DNA of 36,338 bases from Trichomonas gallinae. Taxonomy: Eukaryota. The notes beneath the pieces were generated by a model. That model did not search any database and had not been told where the DNA came from. It saw nothing but the letters and a program-made list of their open reading frames with translations. The translations under genes were made by a program, and so were the position numbers. Location of the stretch: NCBI GenBank assembly GCA_008369845.1, contig MRSU01007535.1, positions 1 through 36,338 of the forward strand. The letters run 5' to 3'. The number at the start of each line of letters is the position of its first letter. Positions within the stretch are counted from its first letter, which is position 1. Shown in pieces: positions 1-10,802 of this stretch.

Positions 1-576
1 TTTTTCAAACACAAGATCCGATGTGAGATATTTCTTATAAGATCTACACACCTTTTATATTTTCATTTTCGGACTTTTTCTGATTCTAAATTTACGTGAC
101 ATAATTCGAATTCGGTTCTTTCAATTTCCATTTCAAAATTCTTCATTTCTGTGGCCATTTGATATTTCACTAGATTCCACTTTACCTATCTATTACATTA
201 TTCGCAACAAATTTGCATTTAGATTTATATCTTCCTCATTTATTAATCAATCTTTTCTACACCACATAGATTACCACATCTATTTACCAGTCCTACACAT
301 TGTAGCGAAACCTTATTTTGTTATGAGTTATTCTCATGTTTTTCTTTAATGTTTTTTCGAAATATATTTTTAATGTTATTGAATGTTGGTTTCTTGGATA
401 TCAGAATAGCTGATTAAGATAATCATATCCACTAATACAAATAACCTATTTACAGTATTCATTGTTAAAATATAAAAACCCGCGAAACAAATTTCGACAA
501 AACTTAAATTTTCTGTTATTATGTCAAGAGTAGAGTTGATATTTGTTAAAATTAAGGAGGGTATTTTTTTTGGATC

Positions 577-586
577 TGTCACTTTT
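577..586. promoter_or_regulatory. TGTCACTTTT (AAAAGTGACA) upstream motif, containing an Inr-like TCACT
   Basis: Exact 10-mer 25 nt upstream of ATG 612; recurs 7 times in intergenic DNA of this window. Confidence 0.6.
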
Positions 587-611
587 TAGAGCACTTTTTG
601 GCGCAAAAATT

Positions 612-1346
612 ATGAGTGATTCTGATTTTGTTGATGATGCCGCGAATAACGACAATGAGCAGGCGGCTCATGGCGAAGATTTAGAGGCTGGACGTGTTGC
701 TAGGTTCTTTTTATATAAAAACAGAGAAAAACTAGCAGTTAAACGCGCACAACTTAAAACAGTAACAGATCAAAGCGTCGAATCTAAAAAATCAAATGTT
801 ATTCAACGTGCTTCTAACATATTAAAGGATTCTCTTGGCTTGAGAGTGAAAGAATATGTTCCAGAAGGAAAAAAAAGTACAGGATCGAAATTATTCTTAA
901 TTCGTGATAAGAATTATCCAGAAGAGATACCAATACCATTCTCTTCAATAGAAAAACAGAAATTCGGAGTATTAACTTTTATTTTTATTGCTTTATACTT
1001 CAAAAACGGAAAATTAGATTTAGAACAATGCTGGCAGATGTTAGAAACTACAGGACTTACAAAAGATTCTGATATTATCGGTCCTTGGCCAGATCAGATC
1101 CATATCTGGAGCAAACAAGAATATCTTAAAGAGAAAAAGGTAGAATCAGAAGCAGGCCCTAAAATAGAAATCTCCTATGGAGCTAGATTTTATACAGAAA
1201 TAGGCGAAGAAAGTCTTGTTAAAATGGCCAAATACTTAATTAACGATGGTGTTGAAGAGCAAGACCAAGCTCAAACGCAACAAACACAACAGCAACAACA
1301 AACAAATTCACAAGCACCACCAGATGATGAAATTGTTATCGAATAA
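612..1346 (+). CDS. MAGE/Nse3-family winged-helix protein (putative SMC5/6 complex subunit)
   Basis: First ATG at 612 (the ORF track starts at an upstream TTG). RVARFFLYKNREKLAVKRAQL resembles the MAGE N-terminal motif LVRYLL.K...K.PIKRADI. ISYGARFYTEIGEESLVKM resembles Y.WGPRA..E..K..IL. Gln-rich C-terminal tail. Confidence 0.75.
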   Translation: MSDSDFVDDAANNDNEQAAHGEDLEAGRVARFFLYKNREKLAVKRAQLKTVTDQSVESKKSNVIQRASNILKDSLGLRVKEYVPEGKKSTGSKLFLIRDKNYPEEIPIPFSSIEKQKFGVLTFIFIALYFKNGKLDLEQCWQMLETTGLTKDSDIIGPWPDQIHIWSKQEYLKEKKVESEAGPKIEISYGARFYTEIGEESLVKMAKYLINDGVEEQDQAQTQQTQQQQQTNSQAPPDDEIVIE

Positions 1347-1691
1347 AATGTTATAGAGATATCTTTCGTATATAGAAGTCATATTTCTCACTCTTAGTTT
1401 AACAAATCTTGAATAATTTGATTTGATATATTTTTCAATGTTAAAGAACAATAATTTGTTCATTCAGAAATGATGACATTACATAATATCAACAAGATCA
1501 ATTAATATTATTTAATCAAAACAATAAATTTTCAATAAAAATTAATAATTTTGATTCATAATTCAATTGTATTATAATGAATATAACGTTTATAGTTGTT
1601 TGTTAGGATGCAGATTCCTTGTTGACGCTAAAATTAATTCGAAAAAATAATTTCTTTGTGAATTTACGTTACAAAAGAATAAACAACAGTT

Positions 1692-2480
1692 TTATTGGAA
1701 TTGGGTGCCATCTGGCATGATGAATTCTGAATGAGTTGTGAATCCGATCGAATCACCTGTTGATGCGGATAAATTCATATTCACACTGTTATTAAGTGGT
1801 CTTGTGTTATTCATTTCATTCAGAATGACCGGATCATTAACATATTCTGGTGGAGCTAATTTTTCTTTCTTTTGTAAAGCTTTTTGACGCTTAAGAATAT
1901 CAGCCTTAGAACGATCGGCCTTTGGTGCTTCTGATTTAGTTTCTCTTTTAGCTTGTTCTGTTTGCGGGAAATATGGATCTTTCATTTCGAGTGGCGTGTT
2001 GACATTCAAATGCGATATTCTCTGTGTGAATTGCTTCATGTCATTCTCAATATTATCTCTGAGAATCTTAAGCTGCGCATTTGGTTTGAATTGAAGGCTT
2101 CTTGTCGTCTGTCTTAATGGTGTTCGAGGTTTAAGATCAAAATTGAACGTTTGGGGCGTATTTAATTGAGTTAGATTGACTTCTGGGAAAGAAGAAAGAC
2201 CAGGAACATTAGATTGGGTAACTAATCCGTCGAATTTTGGAGATTTTATTGGAGAAATCGGTGGAGGCTGGTAAGCATAGTTGGAAGGTGCAGCATCATT
2301 TTGATTTTGTGGTCTATACTGTTTTTCTGGCGAATTCATTGGCTGATTTTGCGGAGGTGGTCTTGTGGGGGATCTTTCAACAGGAATCTGTTGCCTTGGC
2401 GGTGGCTCATCTCCAAAGATATTTGATTGCATAATTCTTCGTTTATTTTCCTCTAGACGAGGACTCCATCCTGACGTCAT
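1692..2480 (-). CDS. Hypothetical Pro/Gln/Asn-rich, probably disordered protein with many S/T-P sites
   Basis: Open frame; likely start MTSGWSPR at 2480, because the upstream ATG at 2525 lies within the TGACA promoter motifs. Stop fused to TAAA. Confidence 0.75.
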   Translation of the reverse strand: MTSGWSPRLEENKRRIMQSNIFGDEPPPRQQIPVERSPTRPPPQNQPMNSPEKQYRPQNQNDAAPSNYAYQPPPISPIKSPKFDGLVTQSNVPGLSSFPEVNLTQLNTPQTFNFDLKPRTPLRQTTRSLQFKPNAQLKILRDNIENDMKQFTQRISHLNVNTPLEMKDPYFPQTEQAKRETKSEAPKADRSKADILKRQKALQKKEKLAPPEYVNDPVILNEMNNTRPLNNSVNMNLSASTGDSIGFTTHSEFIMPDGTQFQ

Positions 2481-3075
2481 TTTTTGAAAAATTACGTTAT
2501 CAAATTTCAATAATTTACATGACAAAATTTTGATTTATTGACAAAAAATTCGAAAATCACTTTACATGACAAAAAAATCATTTGTCAAATAAAAAAAAGA
2601 TTCTCGCAAATACAGTTATTCAAAATTCACTTTTGCTTTTATGATATAAAATCAATATTGCATTTTGAAGAACGGTGTTTTACGAGAATCACGATTTCAG
2701 TCTCACTTTTCTTCGTTCAAAAAGTGAAAAAGTGAGTCGCAAACCGCAAATTTCTTATATTTACATGACAAAAATAAATTTATCGCCAAATTTTGATAAA
2801 ATTATTTTAAATGACAAATAAATCTTCATTTTTGAATTTTACAGGTCAAAATCAATTTTTTGCCAAAAATTCCAATTTAGATATAATATAAAAATAATAC
2901 ATATAATAGATTAAATATCATAAATAACCAGTCAAATCGACTTAATTATGAAAAATAATTCATCAATAATTTCATTTCAATGATTTTTGAAAATTGGCCA
3001 TTATAACTCAATTCACACCCATTAGCTTATTGTAGATTCGCTGAACTTTTGCGTCGGGGCCAAATAATGCTTGTG

Positions 3076-3080
3076 TCATT
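3076..3080 (+). promoter_or_regulatory. Initiator (Inr)-like element TCATT
   Basis: Matches trichomonad Inr consensus TCA(C/T)(T/A), ending 4 nt before ATG 3085. Confidence 0.55.
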
Positions 3081-3084
3081 TTTA

Positions 3085-3963
3085 ATGGTTGTACTTGAGA
3101 ACGACAAGCTAAAAGTTTCAATCCAGCCTTACGGTGCTGAAGTTAGGAGTATTTACAACAAACTGAACCATAGAGAGTACTTGTGGAACGGCAACGAGAA
3201 GTATTGGAAATTTCATTCTCCTCTTCTTTTCCCATTCATCGGTTCTAACTGGGGTGGAAAGTACAGAGTCGATGACAAAGAATACACCATCGAAAAACAC
3301 GGCTGGGCTCGTTTTCGTGAATTTAATATTATCCAACAGACATCAGACAAAGTTGCATTCAATATTGTTAGCAACGCAGACACAAAAGTCTCATATCCAT
3401 ATGATTTCGACCTTGTTATCACATATACATTAAAGGATTGGGAGCTCATCGTTGATTGGAGAGTTGTCAATCCATCGGACCAGACGATGTGGTTCCAGAT
3501 CGGCGGACATCCAGGTTTCAACTATGTTGACTTCAAAGAAGAAGATAAAGTCAAAGCATACTTTAGAACAAACTGCAGCAAGATTAACTATAAGCTTGTT
3601 GGTGATGGTGGATGCCTCAATGTTGATAACACATACTCACTTGAAGCACCTGACGGAATATTTGAAATTAGACCTGAAATGTTCGACAATGATGCATTAA
3701 TCATTGAAGAAACACCTCTCAAATGGATCCAGCTGTTGGATAAGAACAAAGTTCCATTCGTAACATTAGAATATGATTTCCCAGTTACTGGAATCTGGTC
3801 TCCAGCTGGATTAAATGCTCCATTCGTGTGCATTGAGCCATGGTATGGATGCTGCGATCGCCAGTATTACAACGGCGACATCACACACAAAGATTACATA
3901 AACTCAATCGCACCACATCAAAAGTTTGAAGCAAACTACAAGATCAGAATAGAGTATAACTAG
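3085..3963 (+). CDS. Aldose 1-epimerase (galactose mutarotase-like, LacX-type) family protein
   Basis: REYLWNG..KYW..HSPLLFPFIG, KHGWAR, YPYDFDL, FQIGGHPGF and FVCIEPWYG motifs; ATG 3085 preceded by Inr-like TCATT. Confidence 0.9.
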   Translation: MVVLENDKLKVSIQPYGAEVRSIYNKLNHREYLWNGNEKYWKFHSPLLFPFIGSNWGGKYRVDDKEYTIEKHGWARFREFNIIQQTSDKVAFNIVSNADTKVSYPYDFDLVITYTLKDWELIVDWRVVNPSDQTMWFQIGGHPGFNYVDFKEEDKVKAYFRTNCSKINYKLVGDGGCLNVDNTYSLEAPDGIFEIRPEMFDNDALIIEETPLKWIQLLDKNKVPFVTLEYDFPVTGIWSPAGLNAPFVCIEPWYGCCDRQYYNGDITHKDYINSIAPHQKFEANYKIRIEYN

Positions 3964-4419
3964 TTTTTTTAAAATAAACCAATCTTTCATAACTTTCATT
4001 GTATTAAATCATTTATTTTTTTTTTTTTTCATCCAAATCAAATTCAAATTTATCAAATATCCTAACCAATGTTTATATTTTAGTTATAAAATTGATTCAG
4101 TAACTCATATTTGAAATAATTCATTATTTTTCTTAATTAATAAATCAATATCGAAGAAATTGATGCATATCAATATGCAAAAAGACATGAAACAATACAA
4201 TTATTATTATTGATCTAAATATATATGTTGCAAAACTGAAATGAATGATTCGGTCACAAATGTTGAATTTAAATAAAATGCTTTATTTTCTGTCATGGTT
4301 AACACAACATTTACTACCAATATAGTAAGCGATATTGATTAAACGATGTTCATTATAAGATTCATAAAAATGACTTCACTGTCAAATCATTAGAATCATT
4401 CTTCAATTATATAATGTAC

Positions 4420-5090
4420 TTTAGATAAATATATTGCCTTATATATGTTGATCCATTTCAGCTAAACCATTCCAACACATGGATTGAAATAACAAAATTC
4501 AGAAGAGATTCAAACATAAATATTCAAATTATGATACATTACACATTAAAATATATTGCTATACTATGCTGTGATTCTATTTGCATCCAATAAATCTTAA
4601 ATATAACATATGAAAAAAAAATTCTGAAGTGAAACATTCATAAATATTGATTTGCTTATATTTTACTTATTAAAACTAGTCTACATAACTACACCAATTT
4701 CAACTGTACCATTCCCATATCTATAATTTCCAAAATTCAGAAGGGATTCAATCACAAATATTGGGATTCTGATATGCTATACATTAAAATCTACTGTTAT
4801 TCTATGTTTAAATGCTATTTTCAACTAACATATTCCAATAAAACATGAGAAAAATAAATTCAGAATGGATTCATTCATTTATAACGGGATTCTGAAATAT
4901 TACACATTAAAATCTATTGATATATTATGTTAATATGCAATTTACAATCAATAAATTCCATATATAGTCAAAAATAAATAAATTCAAATGAGAATCGCAC
5001 AGAAATATTGATTTGCTTATAGTTTACATAATAAAACCAGTCTACATCACTACACCAGTTATACCTGAACCATTTCCATTATCTATTTTC
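4420..5090. repeat. Degenerate tandem array of ~114-124 bp units of two types (A and B)
   Basis: A units (ATTCAGAA..GATTCA...ACATTAAAAT.TA.TG) start at 4497, 4735 and 4858. B units start near 4621 and 4982 and share AAATATTGATTTGCTTATA...AGTCTACAT.ACTACACCA (cores at 4642 and 5003). A partial B tail lies near 4450-4490. Confidence 0.75.
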
Positions 5091-5202
5091 TAAAAGAAAA
5101 ACGATTAAATTAACCTCCATTTTCTGAAGTTTACAAAATTTTGAATTCATTCAAAAAAATCTATAAAAAAAAATCATTTCAAATTCACTTATTTTCTGTA
5201 GT

Positions 5203-6258
5203 ATGGATAAGTTATTTTCTCCTGTTTCCATTGCCAACCTGAAACTCAAGAACAGGTTCATGCGGTCAGCGACATTCATGGCCGGCTGCGATGTAGAAGG
5301 CCTCCCAACACAAGAAATACTGAAGTATTATAGAGATTTAGCGGATGGAGACTTCGGATTGATAGTTACTGGCTATTTGTACCCTGTAACAGCAGGCAGA
5401 TCATCACTTAAGCAGGGTGGAATGACGACCGATCGCCACGCGGAAGCTTGGAGATCAACAATCGAATATTGCCAAAAGAAGGGATCCAAGTTTGTCTTCC
5501 AGATTGGTGATGCTGGTTTGGCAACAACATTCGACACACTCGGCGAAATGCCACGTGGCGCTGTTTCGAATGGCCCAGGAACAAGATCTATGACACAAGG
5601 TGACATTGACGAGCTAATTGAAGCATATGCGAAGATAGCTCAGCGTATAAAGAATGTTGGTGCAGATGGAATCCAAGTTCACAGCTGCCATATGTATTTG
5701 TTAGCGCAATTCTTGTCTCCAGGCGAGAATAAACGCACAGACAAGTATGGAGGAAGCCCAGAAAACAGATGCAGGATCCATAATGAGATAATTTCTGCAA
5801 TTAGATCAGTTGTTGGAAAAGATTTTCACGTTTCCATCAAACTAAACGGTGACGATTATACGGCAAACGGAACAACACCACAAGACGCAGCTAAGACAGT
5901 TTCTCTCTTAAAAGGACTGGATTTGGTCGAGGTTTCATGTGGAAGGACTCCTGATGCTATGTCAAGGTGCAGGATCTTCAAAACATTCCCATGCGTGCCA
6001 ACTTATAACTTGGATGCTGCCAAACTCATCAAGGAGCAGAACCCGACGATGCCTATCGCTTGCGTCGGCAATTTCAGGAAGATTAACGAAATGACAAAGG
6101 CATTGGATGATGTCGATTTAATTTCATTCGGCAGGCCTTCATTCGCTGACACACATATGGTCGCTAACCTCCAGAAAGGCGGAAAGAAAGTTAAGTGTGT
6201 TTCCTGCGGCCAGTGCTTCACAAAGAGAGGTCCAGGTCTCATTCAATGCTGGATTTAA
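5203..6258 (+). CDS. NADH:flavin oxidoreductase / Old Yellow Enzyme family, FMN-binding
   Basis: LFSP..I..L.LKNRFMRSAT start; GADGIQVHSCHMYLLAQFLSP..NKRTDKYGGSPENR; ISFGRP; C-terminal CVSCGQC...C. Inr-like TCACT at 5185-5189. Confidence 0.92.
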   Translation: MDKLFSPVSIANLKLKNRFMRSATFMAGCDVEGLPTQEILKYYRDLADGDFGLIVTGYLYPVTAGRSSLKQGGMTTDRHAEAWRSTIEYCQKKGSKFVFQIGDAGLATTFDTLGEMPRGAVSNGPGTRSMTQGDIDELIEAYAKIAQRIKNVGADGIQVHSCHMYLLAQFLSPGENKRTDKYGGSPENRCRIHNEIISAIRSVVGKDFHVSIKLNGDDYTANGTTPQDAAKTVSLLKGLDLVEVSCGRTPDAMSRCRIFKTFPCVPTYNLDAAKLIKEQNPTMPIACVGNFRKINEMTKALDDVDLISFGRPSFADTHMVANLQKGGKKVKCVSCGQCFTKRGPGLIQCWI

Positions 6259-6978
6259 ATCATAATAATTCTTTGTCAAAAATAAATGTCAAATCGTCAA
6301 AAAGTGTCAAATTAACATATTTTTGATTTTTAAAACAAAATCGCGTGAAATTTCATGAACAAAATAAGCCAAACTCATATGATTTGTAAATATTGGAATA
6401 ACTGGGACAGAATTGTTTTTGTGTTTCAATATATAAAATATTTTCAAATTCTTTGTATATTTTCTAATTCTTTGATATGTTTTGTAGTTTTATTGGAAAA
6501 TTCCCTCTAATAATGCATATAAATGACATATACAATTAGCAACATGATAAGACCTTTATTTCTTCATGATGAAAAATTGAAATTTGATAAAATATTATGA
6601 TAAATCGATTTAAATTCAATTTAATACCTAATATGAACAATAAAAATATTTCTCATATTTTTCGATTTTTTCTCATTTTTCATAATCATTATGAAACACG
6701 TGAAATTCAATTCATCATAATAGAAATGCTATGATATTTTAACATTATCATCTTGGACATATAATGCACATGTGTAGAAAGTTTCAAGTGATAAACACTA
6801 TTAGATTAATGAATAAAATTACATTTTTCAAATGATGAAAAATGTAATAAAAATAAAAAGTGACATAGATATTTTAAAATTAAAAATTAGACTAAAGTTA
6901 TACGACAAAAAGTGAATATTTTAATGAGACGAGTCTATATTTTAAATATTAAAAAATAAGACGATAAAAAAATCAATA

Positions 6979-9591
6979 ATGGAAGCAAGAGTTCATCAGT
7001 TTGCTTTAGTTCCATTAGAGATTGAGCGTAATAAAGAGCCAAATGTCAACAAAATCCAGTCAATCGCACAATATAGCAACAAACTCGTCATTGTTTACGA
7101 ATTAGAAGATAAAAGAGTTCGTTTCTGTTTCTTTAAACTCACAAATTCATCTGGTGTAGTTAAAGCAGAGAAAGATGGCAACTTTACTGATATTGGATTT
7201 GGCGATTTCAACTGTCAAGAAGTGAAAGCATTTCATGATAGCTTGATTTTGTATTTACGTGATGTAAATGACTCCATTGGATCATTGTGCATCTGGCCAA
7301 CACCAGGTGTTGGTTCTCCGATGGCTGTAGTTGAAGATTGTGATCGATACGCCTTAAATAACTCAAGAGACAAGCCTCAATCGTTAGTATATACAAAGGG
7401 AACTGTGATTTATTACGTAGAAAATCCTTTTGATGCCGAAAATAAGAAAGAAATCGATTTGGAAGAAGATATTCTTTCGATTTCTTTGAATTATCCTAAG
7501 GCATTAGTCATATTACAGAAATCTATATGCATCCTCGACATAGAGGACCCTTCAAACAGAATATCAATGGCAATTCAATTAGATAATCGTGATTATTCAA
7601 CGAGAAGACCATCACCAACATCAATATCCGCATCAAATACAAACTTTAACTTTTACATCCAAAATAGCGCGTCTCAATTCTCACATAATATGTCTTCCAA
7701 TTTAAAGAAAGTCGAATTCGACAGTATTCCATACACAAACACAAAGATCGCGAGATTAGCAGTCTACTTCTCAACTACAGAAAAGTATTCTTACTTCTAC
7801 GATTTTGTAAATCAGCCTTTTGTTACTCCTTCATTAGATCTTCAATCCTCTGTTGCCATTAAAGTCGAAAACAAGGATATAACATTCTTCGCAAACGAAA
7901 AATCCGTTTATCAACTCTTTGATGTTCATGATTCATTTGATTTCCTTACGCGTGATCAGACAAAGGATTTGATCTCCAAGCTCCCATCTTTAGATGTAGC
8001 CGCAGTCTGCTCTTTCTTCCAGGTTGCCTGGAATTTCACAGAGAGAAATGAAAATTCATATCCATATCGTAACCAAGCTTTGAAGTTATTGGCATATCCA
8101 GAGTTCCGTAGACATGTCTTGGACATCCTTACTATTTTCTCAAAACTTCATTTCTACGTTGAGAAAGAAAATCAAAATGAAGAAGAGGAAGAAACAAGCG
8201 AACAATCTAAAGTATATGTAGAGTATGAGCCTAAATACTTCGCAGAGTCACAGCGCGATCACAGCGAGTCTTCTCTCGTTGCAGTTTTGAACGCATTAAG
8301 ACAACATTGTCCAAAAGAAGTCAAAAACACAGGAAACCCAAAGGATGTGGCCGAAATGCAGAAGATAACAGAGGTTTTCACTACTGCTATCCTCGAAATC
8401 CTCATTCTCGAGAAGAAAACAGCTGAAATTTCCACATTAATCAAATCCAAGAGTGGATTCGACAAAGAGACAATTATCAGATTCATGGACACAATACCCG
8501 ACCATTCCACGCGCTTAATCGTCTATTCTCTCTTAGGCGAAGCTAAATTAGCCATGCAAAGCTTCGCACTCACTACAGACAGGTCGACTGAAGTCATTGA
8601 TATAGTTATCGGCCTCCTCAAAGCCAACTCAGGCAACTGGGACTTCATTAAAGACCACGCAGATCCTTTCATCAAATACGACCCAATCAGAGGCATGGAA
8701 ATTTTAACAGATCCAAGAGTCGACATGAACAAAGCCACTGCATATGTGACAGAGAACTTCCCTGACTATAAGAAGCTCTTCCTCATCGGGGCCGTCCACA
8801 ACCCGTCATTAGTTGCGAGAGAAACAATCATTAGGAATCTCGCTGACGACTTTTCAGCATCATTAGTTTCGCTTCACAAGCCGAATTTTGACCATTCTAC
8901 TGTTTCATACTTGAAATGCGTTTTGAGGTCGCCAAACGGTCATCCTCCAATTGAAGACCTCGAGCACGAACTCTCTGACTATCTGCAAAACCTTGTGTCG
9001 AACTTCTTCAATGAACTTGACAAGGCGAAACTTTTGTCAAATGTTGCCAACTTTACTTCATCTTCTCTGAAGATTTCCATCTTCCTTGCCGCTGACAAAT
9101 ACAAGGAGGCGCTGGATATCATCTGGGAGAACAACGGTGGTAACCCAGAAAAGGCTGCGCAGTCATGCAGAGACTGCTCCAATCCACCGAAAGCCTTCGA
9201 GTTGTTGATCGAGAAAATGAAGGCTTCTCTTTCACAGGATGAGTTCCTCAAGGAGCTCACTAAGCTTTTGACAAAGAACATTGATATCATCGATGTTTCA
9301 TACGCGCTGGGTTCATTGGACAAACAAGCATCACTCGACACAACACTAAAGTTTGTTGAGCAGTTATACAGATCACTTATTGCGACAAAGAGAGACGCAG
9401 AGATAGAAGCAGCACACGCACAGGCAGAGCAGTTTGAGGCGCAATACATGCTGCTTAGAGCGCAGGCAGATATGATAGAGATCAACGAAGATACTGTCTG
9501 CGACGCATGCGGAAAGAAACTCGGAAACACTTACTTCGAAAGAACACCAACAGGAAACTTGTACCACATTTCATGCATCAACAAGCAATAA
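6979..9591 (+). CDS. Vps39/Vps3 (Vam6/TGFBRAP1)-like HOPS/CORVET subunit
   Basis: 870 aa; beta-rich N-terminus, helical middle, and C-terminal INEDTVCDACGKKLGNTYFERTPTGNLYHISC matching the Vps39 C-terminal zinc-finger-like domain. Confidence 0.7.
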   Translation: MEARVHQFALVPLEIERNKEPNVNKIQSIAQYSNKLVIVYELEDKRVRFCFFKLTNSSGVVKAEKDGNFTDIGFGDFNCQEVKAFHDSLILYLRDVNDSIGSLCIWPTPGVGSPMAVVEDCDRYALNNSRDKPQSLVYTKGTVIYYVENPFDAENKKEIDLEEDILSISLNYPKALVILQKSICILDIEDPSNRISMAIQLDNRDYSTRRPSPTSISASNTNFNFYIQNSASQFSHNMSSNLKKVEFDSIPYTNTKIARLAVYFSTTEKYSYFYDFVNQPFVTPSLDLQSSVAIKVENKDITFFANEKSVYQLFDVHDSFDFLTRDQTKDLISKLPSLDVAAVCSFFQVAWNFTERNENSYPYRNQALKLLAYPEFRRHVLDILTIFSKLHFYVEKENQNEEEEETSEQSKVYVEYEPKYFAESQRDHSESSLVAVLNALRQHCPKEVKNTGNPKDVAEMQKITEVFTTAILEILILEKKTAEISTLIKSKSGFDKETIIRFMDTIPDHSTRLIVYSLLGEAKLAMQSFALTTDRSTEVIDIVIGLLKANSGNWDFIKDHADPFIKYDPIRGMEILTDPRVDMNKATAYVTENFPDYKKLFLIGAVHNPSLVARETIIRNLADDFSASLVSLHKPNFDHSTVSYLKCVLRSPNGHPPIEDLEHELSDYLQNLVSNFFNELDKAKLLSNVANFTSSSLKISIFLAADKYKEALDIIWENNGGNPEKAAQSCRDCSNPPKAFELLIEKMKASLSQDEFLKELTKLLTKNIDIIDVSYALGSLDKQASLDTTLKFVEQLYRSLIATKRDAEIEAAHAQAEQFEAQYMLLRAQADMIEINEDTVCDACGKKLGNTYFERTPTGNLYHISCINKQ

Positions 9592-10037
9592 TTTTATTCT
9601 ACTTTCTTTTTTATTTATAATAAAGATCAATTTTGTCACTAAACTATTCTTCTTATCATCATAATATTTTTCAATTTGCGACTGTTCAATATTATATGAG
9701 TAAATGGTTACGGAAAGTTGACGAATTCTCTTCTATGTTCAATAACAGTTTGTAAAGCTAAGTGTTTACATGACGGATTGTCATAATTTGGGGATATTTG
9801 TATGATTTACATGTCAAGTTTTATCACTTTTTGTCAAAATTTATCGAAAAAATCGCCTTGTCTAGAAGCTAATACAGTGTTTATAAAACTCAGCAAGTGT
9901 CGAGAAGTAATCATTATATATATGATATATATACAGAATGAATGAAAAATCAATATCATAATTTATGAATTTGACATAAATTGCTTTATTTGTCAAATAT
10001 TGTCAAATTTTGACAAAAAGGTGTCATTTCTACTGAA

Positions 10038-10802
10038 GTGTTTATATATAAGATTCATTAGCATATCACTACCACATATTTATTGGAATATGACAGTAAT
10101 GACAAGGTTATCTTCCCTTCTGATATTAATAGAACTAAGTATACTGAAGTCATTATCTCTTTTGGATATACAATTTTACCAGAAAAGTGTTTCAACGGAT
10201 TTACCAACTTGATAAATATATCATTACCTGACTCTGTTACAACTATAAATAATGATGCGTTTATTTCTACTTTGATTCAATATATTTACATTCCTAAGAG
10301 TGTTACAACAATTCATGAATTAAATCCATTTGATTTAACACCATCAATAGAGTATTTAAATGTATCAGAGGACTCTTTATCATTTAGATCTATTGATGGC
10401 GTGCTTTTCAATAAGAATTTAACAAGTTTGATGTTTTATCCTCGAGCAAAGAAAGGATTTCGATACGTCATCCCTTCAGGTGTTGTTGAGCTTTATTTTG
10501 GATGTTTCAACGCAAATGCACATCTCCAGGAACTAATTATTCCTGAATCAACAAAAATCGTCAGATTACGTGCGTTCGTTGACAATATTGTTCTTAGGAA
10601 AGTGATTGTTCTAAGAACACTAAACAGCTCTGAATTAACATTTGAAAAAGAAGCTTTTTTCAGAGCTAAAATTCAACAAAAAGATTTTCAGTATCTTATG
10701 TTGAGCGAATATATTAGTATTTTGATGAAACCCAAGACTATATTTTGCAACTGTATGCTTGGAGTTTGCACAAAATATCTTTATGTATTTATTTTGAACT
10801 AA
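10038..10802 (+). pseudogene. BspA-like (TpLRR) leucine-rich repeat gene with damaged 5' end
   Basis: CFNGFTNLINISLPDSVTTINNDAF, IYIPKSVTTI and FRSIDGVLFNKNLTSLMFYP repeats, plus a Cys-containing hydrophobic tail. No ATG at the 5' end: in-frame GTG at 10038 and in-frame TAG at 10059. Confidence 0.7.

Noticed and set aside
1..160. Minus-strand MATEMKNFEMEIERTEF... short frame running toward the window edge
   Set aside because: In-frame TGA after 31 codons and no recognisable family; cannot support it as a gene or pseudogene.
555..560. AGGAGG Shine-Dalgarno-like sequence
   Set aside because: About 50 nt from the ATG and in a eukaryotic locus; chance match.
2538..2735. 65-aa ORF in the divergent promoter region (also 376-582, 16871-17083, 26026-26217, 27693-27929)
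   Set aside because: AT-rich, overlapping promoter motifs or flanks, and no coding-like composition.
4823..4835. ACTAAC branch-point-like sequence suggesting an intron
   Set aside because: Not followed by the adjacent ACACAG-type 3' splice motif and not within a gene.
4420..5090. CRISPR array
   Set aside because: Whole ~120-bp units are homologous and degenerate; no identical repeats with unique spacers, no cas genes, eukaryotic context.
8979..9530. 183-aa antisense ORF (and similar ones at 21604-22092, 32876-33337, 13761-14123, 15700-16086)
   Set aside because: Shadows of the sense CDS codon pattern, with no recognisable motifs.
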